DNA of 64,000 nucleotides from Alphaproteobacteria bacterium (GTDB lineage Bacteria; Pseudomonadota; Alphaproteobacteria; UBA9655): NCBI GenBank assembly GCA_947457015.1, contig CANGTV010000003.1, positions 1,958 to 65,957 of the forward strand, read 5' to 3'. Shown piece by piece: positions 45,525 to 54,574 of this stretch (position 1 is its first letter; each line of letters starts with the position of its first letter). The notes under the pieces were generated by a model. It saw only the letters and a program-made list of their open reading frames with translations, ran no database searches and was not told where the DNA came from. The position numbers and the translations under genes were made by a program.

Positions 45525-46148
45525 CTAGCACCCACACGTCGGAGCCCACAGAAGCAAGGAAATTGCAATTCCCCACATGATGCATCCAATCAGGACATCA
45601 AGAATTTTCCAGGCTAGGGGCTTTTGAAAGAGAGGCGCTAAGTGACGGGCTCCATACCCCATTGTAAAGAACCACACAAAAGATGACAGCATCGCCCCTA
45701 AGGCAAAGAAAAGACGTTCGGAATCTGGAAATTGAGCGCCAATACTTCCCAAAAGCACGACTGTGTCTAAATACACATGCGGATTCAACAGGCACACCGC
45801 TAAAACGGTGATAAGCGTCATTTTTAAGTCAGGGCGGTCGGGACTTCCATCCAGGTGCAAGCTTTCAGATTTAAAAACAGACCGAAAGGACCGAAATCCA
45901 TAATAGAAGAGGAACGCTGCCCCTCCCCACCGCGCCGCTGAAAGAAGGAGCGCATTTGATGTTAGAATCGCCCCAAATCCCCCAACCCCTAAGGCAATTA
46001 AGGCCGCATCGATTAATGAGCAAACAAGGACAGTCGCAAAAACATGGTTTTTCAGAAGGCCTTGCTTCAAAACAAAAGCATTTTGAGCGCCAATGGCGAT
46101 AATCAATCCGGCCCCTGTTCCGCAGCCTTCTAAGAAGGGGCCACACAA
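45525..46148 (-). CDS. LysE/ArgO family amino-acid exporter
   Basis: 207 aa. N-terminal FLEGCGTGAGLIIAIGAQNAFVLKQG motif typical of ArgO/LysE. TTG start. Confidence 0.85.
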   Translation of the reverse strand: MCGPFLEGCGTGAGLIIAIGAQNAFVLKQGLLKNHVFATVLVCSLIDAALIALGVGGFGAILTSNALLLSAARWGGAAFLFYYGFRSFRSVFKSESLHLDGSPDRPDLKMTLITVLAVCLLNPHVYLDTVVLLGSIGAQFPDSERLFFALGAMLSSFVWFFTMGYGARHLAPLFQKPLAWKILDVLIGCIMWGIAISLLLWAPTCGC

Positions 46149-46294
46149 AATTCATGCATGAGGTAACTTTTTTTCTTATTGATTAGAACAATCGCATCCT
46201 TATGCGCCTTGAAATATAATTGCATCCAAGGCGCTGGTGTGGTTTAGAGTCAGTCTCTCAAGGTTGCTACACCCCCTGAGAAACGCATGGACTT

Positions 46295-47806
46295 CTACAG
46301 CTCGTCCTTTGAGGCCTTTTCTTTTTTCCATAATTCTATAACCTCCTGCAAACTGAGGTCTTTTAAGGGTGGATTAGTACAGGTTTTTGTTTTTTCAGGC
46401 TCTAGAAAACCCTGCTCTTTTGTTATATCAGAGCTCTTCTCTGAATTTTCTGGTTTTACATCTGGTAGGACATTTAACCCCTGGCTCTTGGGATCTTTGA
46501 TAATAAGAGAAAAGGGCCTCCCATCACTCTCGTCAAAGGTAAGCGACGCATCGCTGCTTTTTAAGGTTAACGATTCTGGCTGTTTAGGGTTAAAGCACAT
46601 TTGCGTCACCTCTCCGCCCGATTTAAGAGCAGTCAGCAAGCATATAGGCTCTTCCCCTAAGTTATCATAGTCAGTCGTCATTTCATGAAAGCCTCCACAA
46701 CTCCCTTTGTTGCCTTTTAAGTGAAGCCCGATATGGCGCATACCTTGACCCGACTTAAGACCTTCATGAGCTTCGCTTAATGTTAACTCTGGAACAGTTT
46801 CTACTGTTCGCGTCGCAAGAACCTTCATATTTGGAAAGCATGTTTTAGTCACAGGTGAGTCGGCCGTTAGAGATGTATAAAAACATGTTTGTCCATCCTG
46901 GAGCTTTACAATAGAAACAGGGTCAAAACGCGCGTCGGATGTGGGATGCCTGGCGAAAATGTAGATGTCATCACCAACTGTCTGCCCTGTTGGGATGAGC
47001 GTCCGGCATTCTTCAAGACTTTTACCATTATGTAAACACGTATACGCTGGCGTTATCACAGTTGGCCAAGGATCTTCGGAACAAATTCGGTTGGGATTAT
47101 AATGAGCTCTTGCGTCCTTATAGCTTGACCATTCAAGGGCTTCACCTCCAGGAATTGCGGCGATACAGAAAATTGCCGTGCTATATAAGGCAAATTTTGC
47201 TAATTTCCCAGAACGCGTCCTCACGGTCATTGAAGAGGCCAGATTTGCTAATCCCTTACTGAGTTTAAGGTTACTGACTCCTTTCAGACAAGGACCAAGA
47301 AGAGGCATCACCTCTCCTCCCCGTGTCCAAGCTAGAAGAACGCCTCCCCCTACGGTGACCGTATCGAGAGGATTTTTGGCAATTGCCTTCACAAGTTTTT
47401 TCGTTTTGTTAGCCGTATATGTTAAAAGGCCGTCTGTTCGGATTTCCGTGATCTGATCCTGAGTGGCCTTAAGAACCTCTTTCCCTTTTTGCTGATAAAA
47501 TTCTTGAGCCTCTTTGGTTGTTTTCTTAGATGAAAAAAGCGTCGCCACAAAGAGAACAGGAACATCCCAGAATACAGTTGTAGTTACCTTCTTCATTTTT
47601 GCGAACCACGAGGTCGGTTGAGGAAGGGGCTCTTCTTGAAGAGAAGAGGAACTTTGAGAAGAAGATTTTTTTGTTAAGAAAGCTGAGGTCGTTTGCTCGT
47701 CATTATCCATCGCATAACAGGGAGAATAGGGAGAATAGGGAGTAAGACAGGTAAGAAGATACGTCCACGCGATAAACACAGCAAAACTCTTAACAAAATA
47801 TTTCAT
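46295..47806 (-). CDS. Hypothetical secreted Cys-rich protein ending in the ER-retrieval motif KDEL
   Basis: 503-aa ORF with a hydrophobic N-terminus, a Ser-rich linker and 13 Cys. The last codons read tca aag gac gag ctg tag, giving S-K-D-E-L-stop. No family recognised. Confidence 0.65.
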   Translation of the reverse strand: MKYFVKSFAVFIAWTYLLTCLTPYSPYSPCYAMDNDEQTTSAFLTKKSSSQSSSSLQEEPLPQPTSWFAKMKKVTTTVFWDVPVLFVATLFSSKKTTKEAQEFYQQKGKEVLKATQDQITEIRTDGLLTYTANKTKKLVKAIAKNPLDTVTVGGGVLLAWTRGGEVMPLLGPCLKGVSNLKLSKGLANLASSMTVRTRSGKLAKFALYSTAIFCIAAIPGGEALEWSSYKDARAHYNPNRICSEDPWPTVITPAYTCLHNGKSLEECRTLIPTGQTVGDDIYIFARHPTSDARFDPVSIVKLQDGQTCFYTSLTADSPVTKTCFPNMKVLATRTVETVPELTLSEAHEGLKSGQGMRHIGLHLKGNKGSCGGFHEMTTDYDNLGEEPICLLTALKSGGEVTQMCFNPKQPESLTLKSSDASLTFDESDGRPFSLIIKDPKSQGLNVLPDVKPENSEKSSDITKEQGFLEPEKTKTCTNPPLKDLSLQEVIELWKKEKASKDEL

Positions 47807-47923
47807 AACAGACCCTTTTTAAAAATGACTACTGGGGGGACTGTAAAAATTTTCGGGGAGCTGCGCAAGAGGAAAATCTTATCTCTCAATGCCGGTCATA
47901 TTGCGAAGTACTATCAGTTCTAT

Positions 47924-48087
47924 TGTCATCCTCGAGCTAGAAGCTCTTGCCCTCGACTTGATCGGGGGCTTAGAGCTTCTTCATCGGAGATCTTGTTGAA
48001 ATATCTCATTGCTTCGAGAAGATCCCCGATGAAGAAATGCTAATGTTCTCTTGACGAAAACAAAGCATTTCTAGCTCGGGGATGACA
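47924..48087. repeat. 164-bp nested palindromic (MITE-like) element of the TGTCATCC family
   Basis: Terminal inverted repeats TGTCATCCTCGAGCTAG and CTAGCTCGGGGATGACA (17 bp, 1 mismatch). Internal inverted repeat CTTCATCGGAGATCTT and AAGATCCCCGATGAAG. Intergenic, between the KDEL-protein gene and proS. Confidence 0.8.
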
Positions 48088-48133
48088 AGCATTGAGCGGT
48101 CAAGACACGTTATGCCAAGTAAAAGACATGACC

Positions 48134-49417
48134 TTAACGACTTACCCTTTTCAACGCATCCTCAAGAGAAAGCTCCACTTTCTCTCCCGTCCTACGGTTT
48201 TTGAGCTCGCATTGCTTTGAGTCGACACTGCGGGGGCCGATAATAATCTGCCAAGGAAGGCCAATAAGGTCCATGTCCGCAAATTTGGCCCCTGCCCCTC
48301 GATCCCGATCATCATAGAGAACCTCCACACCTGCTTGGAGAAGCTTTTGGTACAGGTCATCACAAAGCTTTGTACACGCTTCATTCTTCACATTCATATT
48401 GAGAAGTCCCACCTTAAAGGGAGCTACACTTTCAGGCCAGATAATCCCTGCTTCATCATGGTTGGCTTCGATAATAGCCGCTGTCAGACGTGAGATTCCA
48501 ATGCCATAGGATCCCATCTCCACAGGGACTTGCTTGCCGTCCGAATCCATCACAAAGGCTCCCAAAGGAACGGAATATTTTGTTCCAAAATAAAAGACGT
48601 GCCCCACTTCAATACCACGTGCTGTTTTCAAGCGCTCCTGGGGCACAGGGCAGGTTTTAGGATCATGGAGCTCGTCCGCTGCGGCATAGAGCGTTTGAAG
48701 ACGATCAAGGGTCAGGGTTGTGACATCTAAGGTTTCATAAGCCGCATCGTAAAAGATCTCGCTTTCCCCCGTTTCTGCCAGAATTTGAAACTCATGGCTT
48801 AAATTTCCCCCAATAGCTCCTGAGGAGGCTCTGACAGGAATCGCCGTTAAGTCCATGCGTGCAAATGTTCTGACATACGCTTCCAGCATGGCTTGATAGG
48901 ATGCTTTGGCACCCTCCATGGTCAGGTCAAAGGAATAATTGTCTTTCATCAAAAATTCCCGCCCGCGCATCACCCCAAACCGAGGGCGAATTTCATCCCG
49001 GAATTTCCATTGAATGTTATAAAAGCGCTTGGGCAAGTCGCGATAGCTTTTGATAAACCGCGCAAAAATATCCGTAATCACTTCTTCTGCCGTAGGGCCA
49101 TAGAGCATCTCTCGCTCATGACGGTCCTTCATGCGGAGCATCTCTTTGCCGTAATCGTGATAACGGCCACTTCTCTCCCACAGCTCGGCAGGTTGAATGG
49201 TGGGCATCAAGACTTCAAGGCTGCCAGCGCGATCTTGCTCTTCACGCACAATCTGTTCAATTTTCTTCAGAACCCTTAGGCCCAAAGGAAGCCAGGTGTA
49301 AATCCCGGACGTTACTTGGGTAATCATTCCTGTCCTCACCATCAAGCGATGGGAGGCAATCTGCGCCTCTTGAGGCGTTTCCTTTAAGGTGGGGTAAAAA
49401 TAAACAGAGGACCGCAT
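48134..49417 (-). CDS. proS: Proline--tRNA ligase (short form without insertion editing domain)
   Basis: Start set at [13 protein letters not shown] (ATG 49417). Class II motifs are present ([26 protein letters not shown]). The length of about 427 aa fits the alphaproteobacterial type. Confidence 0.95.
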   Translation of the reverse strand: MRSSVYFYPTLKETPQEAQIASHRLMVRTGMITQVTSGIYTWLPLGLRVLKKIEQIVREEQDRAGSLEVLMPTIQPAELWERSGRYHDYGKEMLRMKDRHEREMLYGPTAEEVITDIFARFIKSYRDLPKRFYNIQWKFRDEIRPRFGVMRGREFLMKDNYSFDLTMEGAKASYQAMLEAYVRTFARMDLTAIPVRASSGAIGGNLSHEFQILAETGESEIFYDAAYETLDVTTLTLDRLQTLYAAADELHDPKTCPVPQERLKTARGIEVGHVFYFGTKYSVPLGAFVMDSDGKQVPVEMGSYGIGISRLTAAIIEANHDEAGIIWPESVAPFKVGLLNMNVKNEACTKLCDDLYQKLLQAGVEVLYDDRDRGAGAKFADMDLIGLPWQIIIGPRSVDSKQCELKNRRTGEKVELSLEDALKRVSR

Positions 49418-49521
49418 GGCACTTATTCCTAGAAACACTTTTTTGATTTTATATTAATAGAGTAGAGCGTTTTTTAAAAAAGTCCAGTTTTTTGAATGGC
49501 CATCTTAACAGCTGACCACAA

Positions 49522-49808
49522 TTAGGGATGAGGTGTGATGGCAATAATGGTTATTTCTTTTTGAGAAGGCTCATAGTGCCAAAAAACCCGATAAGCTTGA
49601 GGTGTTTTATTCTCAGCATAGGCCTCAAAAATTTCTTTACCAAATTCTTTGCTCAGAGTTTCATACTTATGTGTGTTTAAACTTGGGTGCTTTGGATTTT
49701 TTTCAAGGTGTCCCAGAGATTTTCTGACGGCCTTCAGCCTCTTGGGCTTTCTTCTAGCTTCTTTAAATGAATATAAGCAGTATGCGTAAAAACCAGGTTA
49801 AACGGCAT
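49522..49808 (-). pseudogene. RelE/ParE-family toxin gene, frameshifted
   Basis: ATG 49808 overlaps the antitoxin stop and gives MPFNLVFTHTAYIHLKKLEESPRG then a stop. The rest of the toxin (KRLKAVRKSLGHLEKNPKHPSLNTHKYE...AYRVFWHYEPSQKEITIIAITPHP) continues in the +1 frame. One extra A in the run GAAGAAAGCCC would restore a single ORF. Confidence 0.7.
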
Positions 49809-50082
49809 CTTTATCTTTTGTTATATACTCAGAAAAACTGCCAGCTTCTTTTACGTGCCCTTCTAAAGAATCCTGCATTCCCTCTAGGACACTCCTCATC
49901 GCTTCTTTATTTGAAAATAACCATCTTTCCCTATAGGGGATCTCCGTATAAGGCTCTAAAATTATTCTATGACTTTCCTCATCAAAACTAGCCTTGAAGC
50001 TACTGATTCCATGAGCGATTTTACCAATACAGATGCGTCCTTTTGTATCTGGACGTACGACAAATTCTTTCATATATCTCAC
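49798..50082 (-). CDS. AbrB/MazE/SpoVT-fold antitoxin
   Basis: 94 aa. N-terminal VRPDTKGRICIGK...IILEP looped-hinge-helix pattern. Overlaps the downstream toxin start. Confidence 0.65.
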   Translation of the reverse strand: MRYMKEFVVRPDTKGRICIGKIAHGISSFKASFDEESHRIILEPYTEIPYRERWLFSNKEAMRSVLEGMQDSLEGHVKEAGSFSEYITKDKDAV

Positions 50083-50468
50083 CGTTTTTATTTACTCTTA
50101 TATTTTTATATTATCACTGGTGGGAAAAAATTTAAGTGGGAAATTCAAGGGTAAAAATAAACGGAGGGCTTATAAGCTCTTCCACCTCACCCCTTATATC
50201 TTGGTTTTAGAAAGTTTAAGAGGTAGCGGTTGTTGTTTTTGTGGAGGCTGTTGAGAACTCATTAGAGTTATCCACAAATCCACAAAAATTAGAAAACCTT
50301 TGCTTTTTTGACTTTCTAAACAGCCCTGACAAAATTAAGCTGACTTTTCAGGGTGGGGAAAGGTGAGTCTGATCACCCCTTCAGCTTTCGAAGCTGTCCA
50401 CGAGATAACGATCCCTTTCCCCTAATGGCTTTAGAACGGACAGTATCTTGTGGGAGAGGTTATTTAGC

Positions 50469-51230
50469 TTACATCCTAAATTCTTCCCCTAAGTAAACGC
50501 GGCGCACCATCACATCCGCCACAATTTCTTCAGGGACACCTTCTTTCAAAACCACACCCGCATTAATAATGTAGGCCCTGTCCACAATACCAAGGGTATC
50601 CCGCACATTATGATCTGTGATAAGCACCCCAATATTTTTATCTTTTAAGTGCGCAATAAGACTCCGAATTTCTGCAACAGCGATCGGATCAATTCCTGCC
50701 AGCGGCTCATCAAGAAGAATGAAATGTGGGTTACTCGCCAAGGCCCTCGCAATTTCTGTACGCCGCCTTTCGCCACCTGACAAAGCAAGGGCGGGTGACC
50801 GTCGAATGTGTTTAATGGAAAACTCATCCAGAAGAAGGTCCAACCGCTCTTCTCGGGCGTCATAATCAGGTTCTGTCAGCTCTAAAACGGCTCTGATGTT
50901 ATTTTCAACAGAAAGTCCGCGAAAAATAGATGTTTCTTGAGGAAGATACCCAACACCAAGACGGGCTCTCCGATACATGGGCAGGAGCGTGATATCGTGC
51001 TTATCTAAAAAAACAGATCCCTCATCCGCCTTAATTAACCCTGTGATGATAGAAAAACAGGTTGTTTTCCCGGCTCCATTAGGACCTAAAAGGCCAACGG
51101 CTTCTCCTCGTTTCACGTGGAGATTGACGCCATTCACCACCGTCCGTCCGGCAAAAGACTTCTTTAAATTTTTGGCCCTAAGCCCCGTCGCTGAAGCGGC
51201 CATTTCTTCTGAAGAGGATGTCATGCTCAA
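50469..51230 (-). CDS. lptB: LPS export ABC transporter ATP-binding protein LptB
   Basis: Walker A GPNGAGKTT, signature LSGGERRR, Walker B ILLDEP and an LptB-type C-terminus. Confidence 0.93.
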   Translation of the reverse strand: MSMTSSSEEMAASATGLRAKNLKKSFAGRTVVNGVNLHVKRGEAVGLLGPNGAGKTTCFSIITGLIKADEGSVFLDKHDITLLPMYRRARLGVGYLPQETSIFRGLSVENNIRAVLELTEPDYDAREERLDLLLDEFSIKHIRRSPALALSGGERRRTEIARALASNPHFILLDEPLAGIDPIAVAEIRSLIAHLKDKNIGVLITDHNVRDTLGIVDRAYIINAGVVLKEGVPEEIVADVMVRRVYLGEEFRM

Positions 51231-51248
51231 GTAAATATACCACTCCTC

Positions 51249-52865
51249 TTAAAATCGCAAGGGCCGTGGATCTTCTGAATAGGTATTATAGAGCCGCGCA
51301 TCCGCCTCAACCACGTAAGGATCTTCTACGATATGCGCTGTTAAAAAAATAACAAGTTCTGTAATATGTCGCTCATCATCCTTTCCTTTCGCAAATTCCC
51401 CAAAAAAAGGAATGCTATCCACAACGGGAACAGACGCGGTGGCATAACTTGATCGATCCTCCATTAACCCTCCCATCACCAACACCTGTCCGGATCGCAT
51501 CTTCAAGACAGAGTCAAGCTCTCTCACCTGCACAACGGGAACGGTGGATTTGACCTTTTGATGCGATTTAATGGAAACCGCAGGATCCTCAACCTCTTTT
51601 TGAACACGGGAAATAGTGGGACGTAAGGCCATCGTGATCTCCCCTGTTTGAAGATTCACAGAAGGTTGAACAACCATCACAAGCCCAATGGGAACGGTCA
51701 TGGCATCGCTTGAGATATTCTCAATATCTGGTTTTCCTTCCGCTTGGAAAAACCGTTCAAATTCAAGATGAAAAAAGACTTCATTCGTTGCGACCTTTAG
51801 CATAGCCGGCTGGTTGTTCATCACCGTCAGGCGAGGATTAGAAAGGGTTCGCACCGTTCCAAATTTTTTGACTAAATTTAAGACGGCTGAAAACTTTTCA
51901 TGATCCACAGCAAAGGTAAACACATCTCTGGCGACCTGCGTCCCCGCAAGTGCTCCTAAGGGAGCGGTCACATGCACATCTCCCCCCAACTGACTCCAAT
52001 TAATCCCCGTTTTATAGGCATTATCAAGAACCACTTCGATGATTTTTGCTTCAATAATCACTTGGGCCGTGGTGGACGCCCGAAGTTTTTTAAGGTAGTC
52101 ACAAATTTGTTCATGCTGCTTGGTCGTTCCCACCACCGAGACAAGGCCTCCTTGTTTATGAAAGGTGTAGCGCTGACCTTCTGGCACGGGAGAATTCAAA
52201 ATCATTTTGATATTTTGTTCAAGCTCCGCCCAAAAATCCACAAGACTGGCATCAACAAGGATGCTGTTCGATCCATTATCCGCTCGTTTTTGTGTCTCAA
52301 GGGGAGAAAAAACATCCGTTGAGACGGAAATACGATTTTCACTTTTGCGGACGTTGCTTAAAAACTGAACATTATATGTTACAAAATAGGGCTTATCTGG
52401 TTCAACTAAAATACGATTTTCTTGAATTTGAAAACGGTGATTCGTCAAAGAACAGATATCTTTGATAACCTCAATAAAGGGCATTTTATGAGCGCTATAG
52501 GAAATTCCTCCCCTTTCACAGGCTATCTCAGGACTTAATCCTATTCCCACCCCAACCTGACGCCCAAGTTCCATAAACACACTTTTCAAGGGAACCGCCT
52601 CATGAAGGGTAATCGACACTTCCTTACGCATGGCAGGGGCTAAGGGTGGGGCTTTCGGGCAAGGAAAACATTTGGGGCGAAAAGGAGGCATACACTTTTG
52701 AGAAAGGGGCGGTTTTGTAATTTTTTCGTAATCTTCTTTTTGAAGCTTAAGAGCTGGATCATGAAACTGGCGATGCTCAATAAGGTCACAGCCTCCCAAA
52801 AAGCTTAATAGTCCCCATACTAAGAGAAATCGTTGTGCGATCATATTGTCTTTTCCTTTTTTCAA
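51249..52865 (-). CDS. Secretin family lipoprotein (MshL/PilQ/GspD-like)
   Basis: Lipobox FLGGC. Secretin C-domain present (NPRLTVMNNQPAMLKV, VPVVQVRELDSVLKMRSGQVLVMGGL, VPVVDSIPFFGEFAKGKDD...TELVIFLTAHIV). The start is ATG 52865 or ATG 52844. Confidence 0.82.
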   Translation of the reverse strand: MKKGKDNMIAQRFLLVWGLLSFLGGCDLIEHRQFHDPALKLQKEDYEKITKPPLSQKCMPPFRPKCFPCPKAPPLAPAMRKEVSITLHEAVPLKSVFMELGRQVGVGIGLSPEIACERGGISYSAHKMPFIEVIKDICSLTNHRFQIQENRILVEPDKPYFVTYNVQFLSNVRKSENRISVSTDVFSPLETQKRADNGSNSILVDASLVDFWAELEQNIKMILNSPVPEGQRYTFHKQGGLVSVVGTTKQHEQICDYLKKLRASTTAQVIIEAKIIEVVLDNAYKTGINWSQLGGDVHVTAPLGALAGTQVARDVFTFAVDHEKFSAVLNLVKKFGTVRTLSNPRLTVMNNQPAMLKVATNEVFFHLEFERFFQAEGKPDIENISSDAMTVPIGLVMVVQPSVNLQTGEITMALRPTISRVQKEVEDPAVSIKSHQKVKSTVPVVQVRELDSVLKMRSGQVLVMGGLMEDRSSYATASVPVVDSIPFFGEFAKGKDDERHITELVIFLTAHIVEDPYVVEADARLYNTYSEDPRPLRF

Positions 52866-53179
52866 AAGTGTAAAAGACTTTAAGTAAATTTTTCAAGAAA
52901 AAAGGGATCAGGGATAAAAAAAGGAGGGAAATTCTATTTTAACTGGATCCCCCCCACAGCAGGGAATGACACTGAAATGTAAGCCTAATAGGTATCTTCA
53001 AGTACGAGCTGTATACATATCGGCCGCCAGTTTCCATTATGTTTACGATATTTTATCTCTCTTTAAAAAATATCGCATTCTCTATGGGGGGGGTGAGGAG
53101 GCAAGTTTAGAAGGATGAATGAGAGGGGATGGAGATGACACCAGAACCGGCGGTACTTCAAAAAATATCCGGTGCTAAC

Positions 53180-53848
53180 TCAAGCCCTTTTTAATTTTGC
53201 GAGCAACTCTTGATGAAGGTTGAGTTCCTCTTGAGTGGGAACATGAGGACGGGGAGAACGGTGTGGCTTTCCCTCACGAGTTTCGTTGGCTTCTTTTTGA
53301 GATTCAGACGAAAAATTAAGAGAAAGACCGGGTTGTTTTCCTCCGATAAGTTCTAAATACACTTGGGCTAAAAGCTCAGCATCTAAAAGGGCGCCATGTT
53401 TGTTGCGCGCCTTGTTATCTACGCCAAAGCGCTTACAGAGAGCATCCAGGCTTGCCGGAGACCCTGGAAATTTCTTCCGCGCCATTGTCAACGTATCAAT
53501 CGCTCGATGAAAGGGAATCTCTGGCCAATCGTGTCCCTTTAATTCTGCATTCAGAAACTTCATATCGAATTTTGCATTGTGAATCACAAGAGGGGCTTCT
53601 TCAATAAACTCTAAAAAAAGAGAGGCCATCTCTTTAAAAGGGGGGTGATCTTTTAAAAATTCGTAAGAAAGTCCATGGACTGCATAGGCATCCTGAGGGA
53701 CATCCCGGTCGGGGTTAAGATAGGTGTGGAAAAAACGGCCGGTGGGAACATGATTGACGAGTTCAAGACATCCAATTTCAACAAGACGGTGGCCTTGGCT
53801 GGGTTCAAACCCGGTTGTTTCTGTGTCTAAGACAATTTCCCTGACCAT
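53180..53848 (-). CDS. dnaQ: DNA polymerase III subunit epsilon (3'-5' exonuclease)
   Basis: Start at MVREIVLDTETTG (ATG 53848). Exo motifs I-III are present (DTETTG, HNAKFDMKFL, HGALLDAELLAQVY). Confidence 0.93.
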   Translation of the reverse strand: MVREIVLDTETTGFEPSQGHRLVEIGCLELVNHVPTGRFFHTYLNPDRDVPQDAYAVHGLSYEFLKDHPPFKEMASLFLEFIEEAPLVIHNAKFDMKFLNAELKGHDWPEIPFHRAIDTLTMARKKFPGSPASLDALCKRFGVDNKARNKHGALLDAELLAQVYLELIGGKQPGLSLNFSSESQKEANETREGKPHRSPRPHVPTQEELNLHQELLAKLKRA

Positions 53849-54488
53849 AAGGCTCCCTTTGTAGGTTGGTTGGCCACTCCCCATCCCATGGGGGAGAGGG
53901 GTGTTGCGAAAGAAATGAAAGGACTTCCTGAATGCTTTTTAAAGAATTCTCCTTCGCTCGTCCAGTAGGAACGATAAAGTCTGCATAATTTAATCTTTCT
54001 TTTTCAGACATTTGCTGGGATTCAAAAAAGTTAAATTTCTCAAGGGACATCCCTTGGCGTTTCAAAACGCGCTTTTTTCTTATGGAAGAAGACGCTGTGG
54101 CAATGACAACATAATGGCAATACTTATGCAGGCCCACCTCAAAAAGAAGGGGAACGTCAAGGACAACCACAGGAGTATTCTGGTGTTGATGGAAGTGAAG
54201 AAACTCTTTTTGGAGATCGGCAAGTTTAGGGTAAAGGAGTCCCTCCAAAATCCTTAATTGATCGGGAGACGAAAGAGTGCGTTCTCCGAGAAGAAATCGA
54301 TCAACCGTACCATCCACAAAAACCTCTGGCCACAGGGTCTTGATCTTTTGTGAAATGAGGGGGTCCGACTCAAGAAGCGTATGAATGACCTTGTCAGAAC
54401 AAAGAACGGGAACCCCTAAGGTTTGAAAAGAATGAGACAGGGTTGATTTCCCGGCTCCCATGGCTCCCGTTAATCCTATAATCCACAC
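53805..54488 (-). CDS. coaE: Dephospho-CoA kinase
   Basis: GTG start, P-loop IIGLTGAMGAGKST and the CoaE fold pattern. The 3' end overlaps the dnaQ start by 44 nt. Confidence 0.88.
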   Translation of the reverse strand: MWIIGLTGAMGAGKSTLSHSFQTLGVPVLCSDKVIHTLLESDPLISQKIKTLWPEVFVDGTVDRFLLGERTLSSPDQLRILEGLLYPKLADLQKEFLHFHQHQNTPVVVLDVPLLFEVGLHKYCHYVVIATASSSIRKKRVLKRQGMSLEKFNFFESQQMSEKERLNYADFIVPTGRAKENSLKSIQEVLSFLSQHPSPPWDGEWPTNLQREPYGQGNCLRHRNNRV

Positions 54489-54565
54489 ACCACCACTCCT
54501 TCTGGGGATAAACTGTGAGTATCCTGTTGATGAATTGAGGAATACCGTCCCCCTCTCCCTCTCCT

Positions 54566-54574
54566 TGTGGATAA
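54566..54574 (-). promoter_or_regulatory. DnaA box, perfect (TGTGGATAA)
   Basis: Exact reverse complement of the consensus TTATCCACA. Confidence 0.8.

Noticed and set aside
51103-51118. Possible sixth parS-like site, CGTTTCACGTGGAGAT, inside lptB.
   Set aside because: Only the left half matches. There are five mismatches to the 16-bp consensus, and the conserved Walker-region coding sequence explains it.
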